From: a virus
Length of the DNA stretch: 64,000 nt
Direction: 5' to 3' (one strand)
IMG/VR virus record: IMGVR_UViG_3300049489_000842
Location: 24,519-88,518 of that record
A program made the translations under genes and the position numbers. The notes below the pieces were generated by a model. It was not told the origin of the DNA. It saw only the letters and a list, made by a program, of their open reading frames with translations, and ran no database searches. Below, one piece after another: positions 28,122 to 37,478 of the stretch (positions are counted from its first letter, which is position 1; every line of letters begins with the position of its first letter).

Positions 28122-28526
28122 ATGAACGAAAAATCACATGTTGCTCTTGTAAAAAGAGTATGTAGAGTATGCCTTCAAACAGAAGATGCTGAAATACTTT
28201 TAGCAACCCATTATCATAAAAATGGAGAACCTGTAGAAGATCTTGCTCCTATGCATGGTAAAGTAGTAGGCTTTATAGAAGATGGTATGTGTAAAAAATG
28301 TAAAGAAAAGCACGAAGGTTTTCTTGTTTTAATAGGCTGTGACTTAAGTGCTAATGACTCTTCAAAAGATAACCCAGTACTGTTAGGAAAGAATGTACTT
28401 GTTAAAAAAGATTCAGGTTTTGGTTTATATTTACAAGAAAAAGGTCTTATAAAAGATGATATAGCTTATATTGATAAACCAGATTTTGAAGAACTACAAT
28501 TAAAAATATCTTCAGAACAAAACTAA
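28122..28526 (+). CDS. hypothetical Zn-binding protein
   Basis: CRVC...CKKC. Confidence 0.75.
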   Translation: MNEKSHVALVKRVCRVCLQTEDAEILLATHYHKNGEPVEDLAPMHGKVVGFIEDGMCKKCKEKHEGFLVLIGCDLSANDSSKDNPVLLGKNVLVKKDSGFGLYLQEKGLIKDDIAYIDKPDFEELQLKISSEQN

Positions 28527-28531
28527 GTTTT

Positions 28532-28711
28532 ATGATAGGATGTGGTTATTGTCTTTACGAAAAGGAGTGTCATGTACATAATCCTAATGTAAACAAGGCT
28601 AGCTTCGGCTGTCCTGGCTTCCGTCACTTTGACGATGCGCCAATTTCAAATGTAAACTTCCCTAAGGAAGAAGTGTCTAATTTTAACGATAGATTGAATG
28701 AAAAAAATTGA
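28532..28711 (+). CDS. 59-aa Cys-rich protein (below the ORF-track cutoff)
   Basis: MIGCGYCLYEKEC...GCPGFRH; fills the gap before dut. Confidence 0.55.
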   Translation: MIGCGYCLYEKECHVHNPNVNKASFGCPGFRHFDDAPISNVNFPKEEVSNFNDRLNEKN

Positions 28712-29123
28712 AGTAAAGATTGCAGGGGCTGGACAAATGCCCCTTTATGCTAAACCTGGAGATGCAGGTTGCGATTTGTGTTACTATGGGGATAAACCGC
28801 TAGGTTTAAAGCCAAGGGAGATAACAAAAGTTCCGACCGGAGTATTTCTCGAGATACCAGAAGGGTATGAATGCCAAGTTAGGCCTAGAAGCGGATTAGC
28901 TTTAAAAGGTATTATAACTATATTAGGCACAGTGGATTCTGGCTATAGAGGAGAGATTTGTGCTATAGTGCATAACACAACATCAGAGATGTTTGTACTT
29001 CAACCTTTTGATAGAATATCTCAGTTAGTATTCAATAAAGTTGTTCAGGCAGATTTTGAAAGAGTTATTACACTATCAGAATCGGAAAGGGGAATAGGAG
29101 GATTTGGACATACTGGAATATGA
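28698..29123 (+). CDS. dut: trimeric dUTPase
   Basis: All five motifs present: AGCDL, RSGLA, GTVDSGYRG, RISQL, RG.GGFGHTG. Confidence 0.95.
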   Translation: MKKIEVKIAGAGQMPLYAKPGDAGCDLCYYGDKPLGLKPREITKVPTGVFLEIPEGYECQVRPRSGLALKGIITILGTVDSGYRGEICAIVHNTTSEMFVLQPFDRISQLVFNKVVQADFERVITLSESERGIGGFGHTGI

Positions 29124-29374
29124 GTTTAACGTTTTCTAAAGCTGATGTTCAGTTTAAAGTAGGAAGTAAACTTGTAAAGTTCAGTGTAGTTCATAATTTA
29201 CCTGAAATTTTTGGGTTACATTTCGAAGGGGCACTAACAAATTGGTTAGTAAGAACAGATACTTTCACAGCAAAGTCTCTTTGTAAGTATATAAATCAGA
29301 AACAGGATGAATATGTATGCATGACTATTAAAACTTGGAATAGATTAAATAAAAATGACAACACAGAAACCTGA
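29120..29374 (+). CDS. hypothetical protein, paralog of 30789..31040
   Basis: Shares VKFSV.HNLP..FGL....AL.NW..RTD..TA.SLC.YI..K..EYVCMT. Confidence 0.75.
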   Translation: MSLTFSKADVQFKVGSKLVKFSVVHNLPEIFGLHFEGALTNWLVRTDTFTAKSLCKYINQKQDEYVCMTIKTWNRLNKNDNTET

Positions 29375-29519
29375 AGTTCAAACTATTTTCACCAGAGAAG
29401 AGGTGGAGAAATTATTAGCAAGGCAAAGGAGGTTTTCTACAAAAGGTATAAGACACATCCATCCATTTACCCGGACTTTAGTACGGGAACACATTAAGAA
29501 ATCAAAATTAAAATTTTAA
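29355..29519 (+). CDS. 54-aa hypothetical protein (below the ORF-track cutoff)
   Basis: MTTQKPEVQTIFTREEVEKLLARQRE...; VE.LL..QRE also occurs in 31448..31792. Confidence 0.5.
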   Translation: MTTQKPEVQTIFTREEVEKLLARQRRFSTKGIRHIHPFTRTLVREHIKKSKLKF

Positions 29520-29534
29520 AAAGGAGAATTAAGT

Positions 29535-29720
29535 ATGAAAAAAAGATTATTAAAGTTACTAGGCCTATACACACAGGCAGATATGGTTTCCTTCGGGAAT
29601 TACCTTCTTTCTATGGAAAGAGAAAAAGTTTTAATGGAAAACTGCAACTCTCCATTTGAGTATGAAGCGAAGAGTGTTAAAGTACATGACGCGGATTTTG
29701 ACCAATGGAAAAGCCGGTAG
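29535..29720 (+). CDS. hypothetical protein
   Basis: AGGAG upstream; D.VSFGNYLLS.ER...V.DADF..W. Confidence 0.7.
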   Translation: MKKRLLKLLGLYTQADMVSFGNYLLSMEREKVLMENCNSPFEYEAKSVKVHDADFDQWKSR

Positions 29721-29881
29721 AAAAACTATGGATTAGCTTTGAAGAATGGAAATTTGAAAAAGAATGGTTGAAGGGTAGAGAAAAGTTATTCTTTAGGGCT
29801 AATCCTATTGCACACGAACTCCTTCATGAAACTATACGGAAAAACATTAAATGAACTAATGAAAGAAAGGGTAAAAACAAA

Positions 29882-30753
29882 ATGAATAAAGATAAAAATA
29901 ATAAACTCCCCATACATCTGATTGGTATCAGTGGTCGTATGGGGAGTGGTTAAGTAAAGATACTGTTGGAAAAATTGTACAGTATTTATTTGCTAAAGAA
30001 GAATCTTCTATAATATATGTAAAGTCAAAGTTAGTAAAAGACATGAGTAATATTTTATTAGACTTTGAAGGATATATTAATGAAGGATATGATAAAAACA
30101 GTAACTGGCAAATAAAGAAGTTCGCTACCAAAGTTAAGGAGATATGCTCACTTCTCACTGGGATACCTGTGAAAGACTTTGAGAAAGAAGAAGTTAAAAG
30201 TAGTTATTTAGGAGAAGAGTGGGACTATATTAAGTTTGAAAGTTCCGGTAAAAAAGTAATGAATAGAAAAGAGTATTTGGATTACATAGCAGGTACAACT
30301 TTTATGCATACTAAATTAGATTTTAACAGGATGACAGTAAGAGAACTACTTCAAAAAGTAGGTACAGATGCAATGAGAGATGTTATACATCCTGATGTTT
30401 GGGTTAATGCTTTGATGAAGGATTATAGAGATAAAGTAGACTTTGATAAATCTTTACCACCAAATAAAAACTGGTTAATTACAGATGTACGCTTTCCTAA
30501 TGAGGCTAAAGCTATTAAAGATAGAGGTGGGATTGTTGTTAGGGTTAATAGACCTTCTGTAAGAAAAGAGGAAGTCACAAATGCTTTGACAGGAGAGAAA
30601 GATTACTTTCATGTCCATTATCCGAAGGACGAACATCCTTCTGAAACAGCTTTGGATGGCTATCAATTCGACTATATCATTGACAATTCTGGTAGTATTG
30701 AGGATCTTATACGTAAGACAAAGGAGTTTTTAATCTCATTTAATCTTTTATAA
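29882..30753 (+). pseudogene. deoxynucleoside monophosphate kinase interrupted by a 5-nt insertion in the P-loop
   Basis: 29882 ATG...LIGISGRMGSG, then TAAGT (29951-29955), then KDTVGKIV in the frame of ORF 30043..30753, which has FA..VK, RELLQKVGT, ITDVRFPNE and HPSETALD. Confidence 0.85.
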
Positions 30754-30788
30754 AGATGATTGGAATAATGAACGTTAAATTTATACAT

Positions 30789-31040
30789 ATGAAATTAGTA
30801 TTAGCTGAAATAGAATTTGAAGTAGATGCCAAACCTGTAAAATTTAGTGTGTATCACAACTTACCAGATACTTTTGGTTTAAGCTTACAAGATGCACTCG
30901 AGAATTGGTTTATAAGAACTGACAAATATACTGCTGCATCTCTTTGTAATTATATTAAAAACAAAGGAATAGAGTATGTTTGTATGACTGAAACACAGTA
31001 TAAACGATTAAATAAATATGAAAACAAACGAAATAATTGA
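30789..31040 (+). CDS. hypothetical protein, paralog of 29120..29374
   Basis: Start chosen from alignment with the paralog. Confidence 0.75.
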   Translation: MKLVLAEIEFEVDAKPVKFSVYHNLPDTFGLSLQDALENWFIRTDKYTAASLCNYIKNKGIEYVCMTETQYKRLNKYENKRNN

Positions 31041-31458
31041 AGGAAATAAGTTGATTGCCGAGTTTATGGGTTATGTGCTTCATGATCTAGGTGATGGAAA
31101 AAGCCCATACTATAATCATAATAATAAGTATTTAAAACCCTGCGCAGTAATACGTTTAGATAAAGGAGAGAAACTTCAATTTGACTCTTCTTGGGACTGG
31201 CTTATGCCAGTTGTAGAGAAAATTGAAAGTTTGACAAACTATGTAAATACTGTAGAATATAATAAAAGTAATTATTTAGGAGCTTTTTATTTCTCTATTC
31301 TAACAATTCCATTTAGTTCTATTACACAACATGTGTACATTAATGCGGAACATAAGAAAATGATGGGTAAAGATGTTACAGATAGTTGGGCAGATACTAA
31401 GATAGAAGCTGTATATAAAGTAGTAGTTGAATTTATAAAATGGTACAATGGAAAGTAA
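31018..31458 (+). CDS. conserved phage protein (ABA-sandwich-like)
   Basis: NKLIAEFMG...F..SWDWLMPVVEKIE...AVY..VVEFIKWYN. Confidence 0.7.
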   Translation: MKTNEIIEGNKLIAEFMGYVLHDLGDGKSPYYNHNNKYLKPCAVIRLDKGEKLQFDSSWDWLMPVVEKIESLTNYVNTVEYNKSNYLGAFYFSILTIPFSSITQHVYINAEHKKMMGKDVTDSWADTKIEAVYKVVVEFIKWYNGK

Positions 31459-31792
31459 ATATAAAGAAAGAGCTGAAGAAATCTTAAAAATGAATATCTG
31501 TATAGATGTAATTGGAGAGGATACGAGTACTTATGCTTATACTATTAAAGCCATGTGCCAGTTGGCAGAAGAAGTTGAAAAAGTCTACAGAGATCCTTTA
31601 ATGTTTGGAGAAGAAGGTTCTATACAAAAGGTATATTCAAAAGCTTATGTAGAAGAACTCCTGCAAAAACAGAGAGAACTGTGTCTTGAAACTGTAAAAT
31701 CAGATGCGATGAAACTTTATGACTCTGATGTTCCTGATTGTTGGGATGGAGATAGTATTCTAAACGCAAAACTTAAAATTGATGGATGCTAA
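31448..31792 (+). CDS. hypothetical protein
   Basis: ORF overlapping both neighbours in an operon-like run. Confidence 0.7.
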   Translation: MESKYKERAEEILKMNICIDVIGEDTSTYAYTIKAMCQLAEEVEKVYRDPLMFGEEGSIQKVYSKAYVEELLQKQRELCLETVKSDAMKLYDSDVPDCWDGDSILNAKLKIDGC

Positions 31793-32381
31793 ATTAAGAT
31801 TTAAAGAAGGTTGGATAATGTTACTTCGCCCTTTTAGGTTTGCTGAACTTAAACAGCCTTTACAAAAGATGACTATACTGTACGCTTATTCTGAAAAACC
31901 TATGCTCAAAGTTGAATTGAGTGAAAAAGGAAAGGAGGCTATCAGTGAGCTTTATAATCATAGTTTTGAAGGTGATCCAGGCAGACTGTTTATGGAGCCT
32001 GAAGATGAGTATTATACTAGAATCCAATTATCAGAAGATGCTATTTTTAAAGCATATTCTACTGTAGAAATATACTCTGGAGAAGTAGTACAATGCTATG
32101 TAGAAAAAACTATGTGTCGATTTTATCCTGATGAGTATACTGTAATACGTAGAGAAACTTTTGAAGAAGTTATGACCTCAGAGGAATACACTATGGACAT
32201 AGAATCAGGTAGTTATTATGATATAGAAAATATCCAAGATAAAGTACATTATGTTAGAAGTAGAGGAATAGATGATACGTTAGCAAAACGTATGTGTTCT
32301 TCTGAAGCTAAGGATTCAGTAATTTTTAGGCCTAAGCGGGAACTACTAGAGATATTCTGTAGGGAACATGAAATTTATTAA
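31782..32381 (+). CDS. hypothetical protein with a SufB/SufD-like C-terminal motif
   Basis: DKVHYVRSRGIDDTLAKRM resembles the SufBD terminal motif (L.Y..SRGI....A..L). Confidence 0.6.
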   Translation: MDAKLRFKEGWIMLLRPFRFAELKQPLQKMTILYAYSEKPMLKVELSEKGKEAISELYNHSFEGDPGRLFMEPEDEYYTRIQLSEDAIFKAYSTVEIYSGEVVQCYVEKTMCRFYPDEYTVIRRETFEEVMTSEEYTMDIESGSYYDIENIQDKVHYVRSRGIDDTLAKRMCSSEAKDSVIFRPKRELLEIFCREHEIY

Positions 32382-32401
32382 AAACTTAAAATTGATTGAT
32401 T

Positions 32402-32590
32402 ATGTCTGATATTGAAGTAGATAAATGTGATTTTTGTCAAAAGATAGTACAAGTAGTGAGAACTTATTTAAGGCCTTCTTTGTTTATAAAACCATCTGTG
32501 TTTGAGGAATATAAAGACCTCTATAATTCAGGTAATTATTTTATTATAATCAAAACTTGTAATAGTTGTGGTAAACCTAAAATTGATTAA
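32402..32590 (+). CDS. small Zn-binding protein
   Basis: CDFC...CNSCG. Confidence 0.65.
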   Translation: MSDIEVDKCDFCQKIVQVVRTYLRPSLFIKPSVFEEYKDLYNSGNYFIIIKTCNSCGKPKID

Positions 32591-32591
32591 T

Positions 32592-32966
32592 ATGGAAAAG
32601 ATACTAAGAAAAGTCAGTACGAAGGATAGACTTCCTGAACCTTTAGAAGAAGTTTTTTGTGATTGTGGCGAATACGGATTAAATGTGCTTTATCTTAATA
32701 AAGACCATGCCATTAAAAAATTTGATAAATGGACTATTTCTAATTCTGGATACAACGCTTTGTTTGAGCCAGAATATTGGTATGAAGAAGTTGATTTGAT
32801 CGAATTACTGCCTAAGCAAGCTATTTCTCATTTAGCTTTATATGATGAAGCTAAAGAAAGATATGAAAAAGCTATGTCTGTACTAAAAAATGGAAATTAC
32901 ATCAGAACTAGTATGGTTCATATTGAAAAAGCACTTAAAATTGCAGCAGGTATTAAGGAGGAATAA
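32592..32966 (+). CDS. DUF551-like phage protein
   Basis: VS.KDRLPE...V...YW. Confidence 0.6.
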   Translation: MEKILRKVSTKDRLPEPLEEVFCDCGEYGLNVLYLNKDHAIKKFDKWTISNSGYNALFEPEYWYEEVDLIELLPKQAISHLALYDEAKERYEKAMSVLKNGNYIRTSMVHIEKALKIAAGIKEE

Positions 32967-32968
32967 TT

Positions 32969-33358
32969 ATGACAGTACAAGAAATGGATAAATCCCTTAC
33001 TACTTCATGGAAACAAATGCCGGAATGGTGGGGGAATCCAGAACTAGGTTTTGAGTGCTGGGGTAAGAGATATGAAAAAAACTATGGTACTTATAAAGTC
33101 TACATATTTGGTAAAAAAGATTACGGGAAAAATAGTCCGCAATATGATTACACTAATAAGGACCCAGAAAAAGGTTTCTATGATGAATCTACTAGATATA
33201 TTAAAGGATATGTTGATCATAGTGATTGGAGTTTTTGTGTTAGGGGATGTTATTCCGGTTCAGTAGGTTATGCACATTTAAATGACATATTACCTCAAAG
33301 CGGAGAAGAGGCATGTAAAATGCTTGACGAAATATTTAAAAAAGAAAGGATTTACTAA
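32969..33358 (+). CDS. hypothetical protein
   Basis: 129-aa ORF in the operon. Confidence 0.7.
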   Translation: MTVQEMDKSLTTSWKQMPEWWGNPELGFECWGKRYEKNYGTYKVYIFGKKDYGKNSPQYDYTNKDPEKGFYDESTRYIKGYVDHSDWSFCVRGCYSGSVGYAHLNDILPQSGEEACKMLDEIFKKERIY

Positions 33359-33552
33359 TGAAAAGTTATAAAATTGAAATAACACAACGTGAAGATAATA
33401 GTATTAGTATGACAAGGACCAATGATGGTTTTAATCTAGCTGAATTATTAGGTTTTTTAGAACTTGTAAGAATGGAACTTTATGCTATTTTTAAACAGGA
33501 AATTAAAGTAGATGAAATTAAAAGAAATACTATTATAGATGGCAAAGATTAA
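33358..33552 (+). CDS. hypothetical protein
   Basis: TAATG coupling; R.NDGF...ELLG.LE. Confidence 0.7.
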   Translation: MKSYKIEITQREDNSISMTRTNDGFNLAELLGFLELVRMELYAIFKQEIKVDEIKRNTIIDGKD

Positions 33553-34750
33553 AGAATGGTGGGAATATGTCCAACCGGGGCATACTCTTAAATGCATAGA
33601 TGTTAAATTACCGGAAGGTGTTAAAGAACCAGTACTAGGGGCTGGCTATGGTGGATCAGGGTGGTCAAAAGCTGCAATAATAAAAGTGCGAGTTATAAAT
33701 GTACATGGTGATCATGCAGTATTCTTTTATGAAGGTTCTATATGTGGAGTTTATTCTTATGCTTGTGAGCCTTGTTATCAAGTTGGAGATTGGGTTATAG
33801 ATGAGTCAGCTAAGGCTCCTGCAGCCTATAAGATTATTTCTGTAAATGGAGATATACTTATGGCATCTAAAAACTCTTGTTTTTATTCTAATCAACATGG
33901 GTTAAGGTATGCTACTAAAAAAGAAATTGACAAAGCAATTCTTTTAAATAACTCTCTTTCTGTAAACGATCTTATTATAGGTAATTTTTATAAAATTACA
34001 GACGCTAATGGCACTTTCCTTATAATTAAATTCCTTTATAAACCGGACGACCCTAATAGAATCGCAGGAACTTATATTTCCAACATGAATTCTATATGGG
34101 AGTTTAAAACATCAAGCCATGTTTGGCATCATGAAAGACGTTTAGAGGTTGCTACTGAAGAAGAAACTATATGGCTTGAGGCTTGTATTAAAGAAGATAA
34201 GTTTATAAAAAAAGAGGATATAAAAAAAGATACTTTACCTGAAAAATGGTGCGTAAAAGTTTCTGATATTCCTAGGGATTTAATGGAAAAGTGGCGGAAA
34301 GCTGCTTTAGGTATTAGTACTTATGTTGATGATAATGAGTATTTAGAGCACACATCCTTTAGAATAGACCCCTATAGGTATCCTGATCGTATAATACTAC
34401 CTTTCGAACAGGTTAAAGACTATATCTATAGTAAAATAGGTATGACAGAGATTCCAGAGTTACGACCTACTACAGAAGAAGGGTGTACTGAATGTGATGG
34501 TACAGGTTATGTTATGACTGCAAAATTATACCCATCTGGACATACTGAAGTAAGCGAAATTTGTGAAGTTTGTGGAGGAGAAGGTGTTTTAGAAAAGGAG
34601 GAAACAATGAATGACCTAGAAAAAGTTAACTCCATGCTTAATATGGAGTCTAATTTAAGAAGAACTCATAGCGGTGATGACGTACAATTACCTAAATTTG
34701 TATTGACTAAAGAGTACGTAAATTACTTCGAGAAAATAGAAGATGAATAG
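33539..34750 (+). CDS. modular hypothetical protein with DnaJ-type Zn finger
   Basis: Repeated R.AT..E modules, LPEKWCVK, CTECDGTG...CEVCGGEG. Confidence 0.75.
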   Translation: MAKIKEWWEYVQPGHTLKCIDVKLPEGVKEPVLGAGYGGSGWSKAAIIKVRVINVHGDHAVFFYEGSICGVYSYACEPCYQVGDWVIDESAKAPAAYKIISVNGDILMASKNSCFYSNQHGLRYATKKEIDKAILLNNSLSVNDLIIGNFYKITDANGTFLIIKFLYKPDDPNRIAGTYISNMNSIWEFKTSSHVWHHERRLEVATEEETIWLEACIKEDKFIKKEDIKKDTLPEKWCVKVSDIPRDLMEKWRKAALGISTYVDDNEYLEHTSFRIDPYRYPDRIILPFEQVKDYIYSKIGMTEIPELRPTTEEGCTECDGTGYVMTAKLYPSGHTEVSEICEVCGGEGVLEKEETMNDLEKVNSMLNMESNLRRTHSGDDVQLPKFVLTKEYVNYFEKIEDE

Positions 34751-34774
34751 TAATAAACAATTAAATTAAAATTT

Positions 34775-35233
34775 ATGACAAAAGCAGCTAAAAGTAAAGT
34801 AGTAGAAGAATCCAAATCTTTAGGGGATAGGGCTTCTGAGTTTTTAAACATCTCAGCAAAAGAGAATATCGATATGTTTGAGGAGAAGATGACTAGTCAT
34901 TGGACTCAACAAATCCGGAAAGCTAAATCAAAATTAAACTCTTTAAAAGAGGATTTTGATAATGAGATGAGGGATCATCAGTATAGGTTGGATGAGTTAA
35001 GAAAAGAATGCTCAAACTCTTTCTTAAGGATTAACATTAACAGAGTTAGTTCTGTTATAGATCGCCAAAATTATGTCGAGTCTTATGAAACTCAAATCAA
35101 CGATGCCTTTAACTTATATCGAAACTATGAAAGAGCAGTAGATATGTTCGTAAACAGTTACGAAATAGAGGCAAAAACACTTAACTCTAGAATCAGCTTC
35201 TGGGAAGAATGCCTGAAGTTCGGTAAGGAGTAG
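34775..35233 (+). CDS. coiled-coil hypothetical protein
   Basis: 152-aa helical ORF. Confidence 0.7.
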   Translation: MTKAAKSKVVEESKSLGDRASEFLNISAKENIDMFEEKMTSHWTQQIRKAKSKLNSLKEDFDNEMRDHQYRLDELRKECSNSFLRININRVSSVIDRQNYVESYETQINDAFNLYRNYERAVDMFVNSYEIEAKTLNSRISFWEECLKFGKE

Positions 35234-35241
35234 CTCTCTTA

Positions 35242-35267
35242 ACCCGGTGTAATGCCGGGTATATTTT
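35242..35267 (+). terminator. probable terminator hairpin
   Basis: ACCCGGT-GTAAT-GCCGGGT followed by ATATTTT. Confidence 0.55.
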
Positions 35268-35298
35268 AACATTTTTAAATAACAAAAACGAAATTAAA

Positions 35299-35817
35299 AT
35301 GAAAACTATTTTTATAACTTTTATACTTTTAAATATTTTAGGGTTTAATTCTATTAAGTTAAATCCAGGTTTTGTACATCCTACTGAACAGAAAGGATAT
35401 TACGTTGCACAATCTTTTGGTAATTACTCTAAAAGAGGAGTACACTTAGGTGTAGATATAACAAAACGTGGTGCTCCAAATGCCGATTTAGGAGAACCTG
35501 TGTACGCTATATGCGATATGACTATATCCTCTGTTAATGGTAACAATAAAGGTTATCTTTCTGCAATAGCTAAAATGGACGGTAAGTACTATAGAATTAT
35601 ATATTTACATTTAGATACTATCTTTGTAAAAGAAGGATGGAAAGTAAACTGTGGAAGATACATAGGAACTATAGGAAATGACGAAGGAAGTACTACGGCC
35701 CATCTACACCTTGAAATAACATCTGATACTACTAAGTACTTAGGGGCTTACGGAGCTTTAGAATTCAATGAATCTTTTATGGATCCTATGAAACTTATAC
35801 CTAAATACAAAGAATAA
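35299..35817 (+). CDS. M23 family peptidoglycan endopeptidase with hydrophobic N-terminus
   Basis: HLGVD, Y.HL, IG.IG..., HLHLEI, DP. Confidence 0.88.
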   Translation: MKTIFITFILLNILGFNSIKLNPGFVHPTEQKGYYVAQSFGNYSKRGVHLGVDITKRGAPNADLGEPVYAICDMTISSVNGNNKGYLSAIAKMDGKYYRIIYLHLDTIFVKEGWKVNCGRYIGTIGNDEGSTTAHLHLEITSDTTKYLGAYGALEFNESFMDPMKLIPKYKE

Positions 35818-35869
35818 CAGTAACAAAAAGGGATATTGTTCCATATATATATATATATTGACTTTTTAG

Positions 35870-35899
35870 ACAGGGGAGTAAAATCCCCTGTTTTTTTTT
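35870..35899 (+). terminator. rho-independent terminator at the convergent junction
   Basis: ACAGGGGA-GTAAAA-TCCCCTGT plus a T run. Confidence 0.8.
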
Positions 35900-35900
35900 A

Positions 35901-37478
35901 TTATTTATTTATACCACTCTTTTTTGCGTACTCTACATTTCTATTGTGTTTTTTAGCCCTTTCTATTTTAGCCTTATCCCAACTTTGGTGTTCGTTTAAA
36001 GCAGTAGCGTAATAAACATCTTTTTCTTTCATGAAGTCTTCAGGGTAATAATCCGCTTTTCCGGAATTACCAACGGAATATACATTACCATAATCGTACA
36101 TTATATGATCTCCATTTTCATCTATACCTACAGATGTCAATGAATGTCTAGTTCGTATAGCTTGTTCTCCTATATTCTCTTTAATAGTTTTACCTTTTTC
36201 AGTTCTTTCTATAGAAATTTTATCTCCACTATTGGTGTAAGTCATACCAGTGTCTGCATCTCCTGTATTAAATATAGTACCAATAGGTACGTTATCCCAA
36301 GTTTTAGCGAACTCATTTCTACTTTTTTCTATTGATTCATAAAACTCTCCGGCTCTTTCTTCATCTATTTCTGTCTTAGCTTTATTTAAGTAATCAGATT
36401 TTTTAACTGATGGCTTTAACAGAGTTTTTCCAAATCCAAAATGTTCAGCTATAGATGGTAATTCCCAAGAATCTAATCCTGGAAAGTCATTATTATTTAA
36501 ATAGCCAGATTGACCTGTTCTTATTTTAGCTCCTTTAAGGTTCTTATCTCGTATACTATAATAGGATGGTAAGTCTGGGTTGATTATACTTTGTGCTCTA
36601 CATGCTGAACCTAAACAACCTTGAGAATCCGCATAAGGAGCCCCTTCAAATTTTTCAACAGGTTTTCCTTTATCATTAAAGGCTCCTGTATAGTTGTTAA
36701 ACCATTCCCTTCCTGATGTATTCCATGCATTTACTGTAGATTCAATATCAGATTTTCGTAAACTAGCACTTTTAGGTAATGTTACTATATCCTCTCCGAA
36801 CTCTTTTGTAAAGTCTTCAGGTAATTCTTCTAATGGAGTTCTATATTTAGGGACATTTACTTTATTTTCTTGTTTTGGTATCTTAAGTCCATCAGCTGCT
36901 TTCACGTATCCCCCAGTTTTAAACTGGTTTGTACTAGCAACGTTTTGTGATTGAGACTGTCCAGTTCCTTCTAAAAGTGCCTCATAATCAACAGGTAATT
37001 CTAAACCTCTTTCTTTTAATCCTGGTAAATCTCTCTTCCTTATAGGAAGGATTTTATTTGTTTTTACATATTCTTCATGTGTTCCTTTTTTATAAGGACC
37101 ATAATCTTCATTAGAATAATACCCTAATATAAAGTCGTCAGCTTCAGCACCAACTAAACCTTTGTATTTACTTAATCCAGCACTTGTAGAGAACCATTTA
37201 GTTTTATCTGATGGTTGAAACATAGGAGGTGCATTAAGGCCTTGTGATCCTGCAGGAGGATCTGTAGGGTTTTTCTTTTTAGTAGGTAACATCAAAGTAC
37301 CATCCTCGGCATAGTCCTCTTCCAAAGGAAGAGTATTTACTATCTGATCTATACCTTCATAATCCTCTTGTTCTAGTAACGACCTAACTCTACCGCCAAG
37401 GTACTTCGGGATAACCGCGTAACTTCCATTTCCACTTCTTAATATAAGCTCTCCACCTTCTGCTTCTACTTTTTTCAT
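35901..37478 (-). CDS. virion cargo-type protein with putative papain/NlpC-fold Cys-His domain
   Basis: N-terminal VEAEGGE and FKTGG motifs; C-terminal half GCLG...DSWE...RHS..SVG......MYD. Confidence 0.6.
   Translation of the reverse strand: MKKVEAEGGELILRSGNGSYAVIPKYLGGRVRSLLEQEDYEGIDQIVNTLPLEEDYAEDGTLMLPTKKKNPTDPPAGSQGLNAPPMFQPSDKTKWFSTSAGLSKYKGLVGAEADDFILGYYSNEDYGPYKKGTHEEYVKTNKILPIRKRDLPGLKERGLELPVDYEALLEGTGQSQSQNVASTNQFKTGGYVKAADGLKIPKQENKVNVPKYRTPLEELPEDFTKEFGEDIVTLPKSASLRKSDIESTVNAWNTSGREWFNNYTGAFNDKGKPVEKFEGAPYADSQGCLGSACRAQSIINPDLPSYYSIRDKNLKGAKIRTGQSGYLNNNDFPGLDSWELPSIAEHFGFGKTLLKPSVKKSDYLNKAKTEIDEERAGEFYESIEKSRNEFAKTWDNVPIGTIFNTGDADTGMTYTNSGDKISIERTEKGKTIKENIGEQAIRTRHSLTSVGIDENGDHIMYDYGNVYSVGNSGKADYYPEDFMKEKDVYYATALNEHQSWDKAKIERAKKHNRNVEYAKKSGINK

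Noticed and set aside
35843-35858. (AT)n microsatellite as a phase-variation switch
   Set aside because: It lies between convergent gene ends next to a terminator, not in a promoter or coding frame
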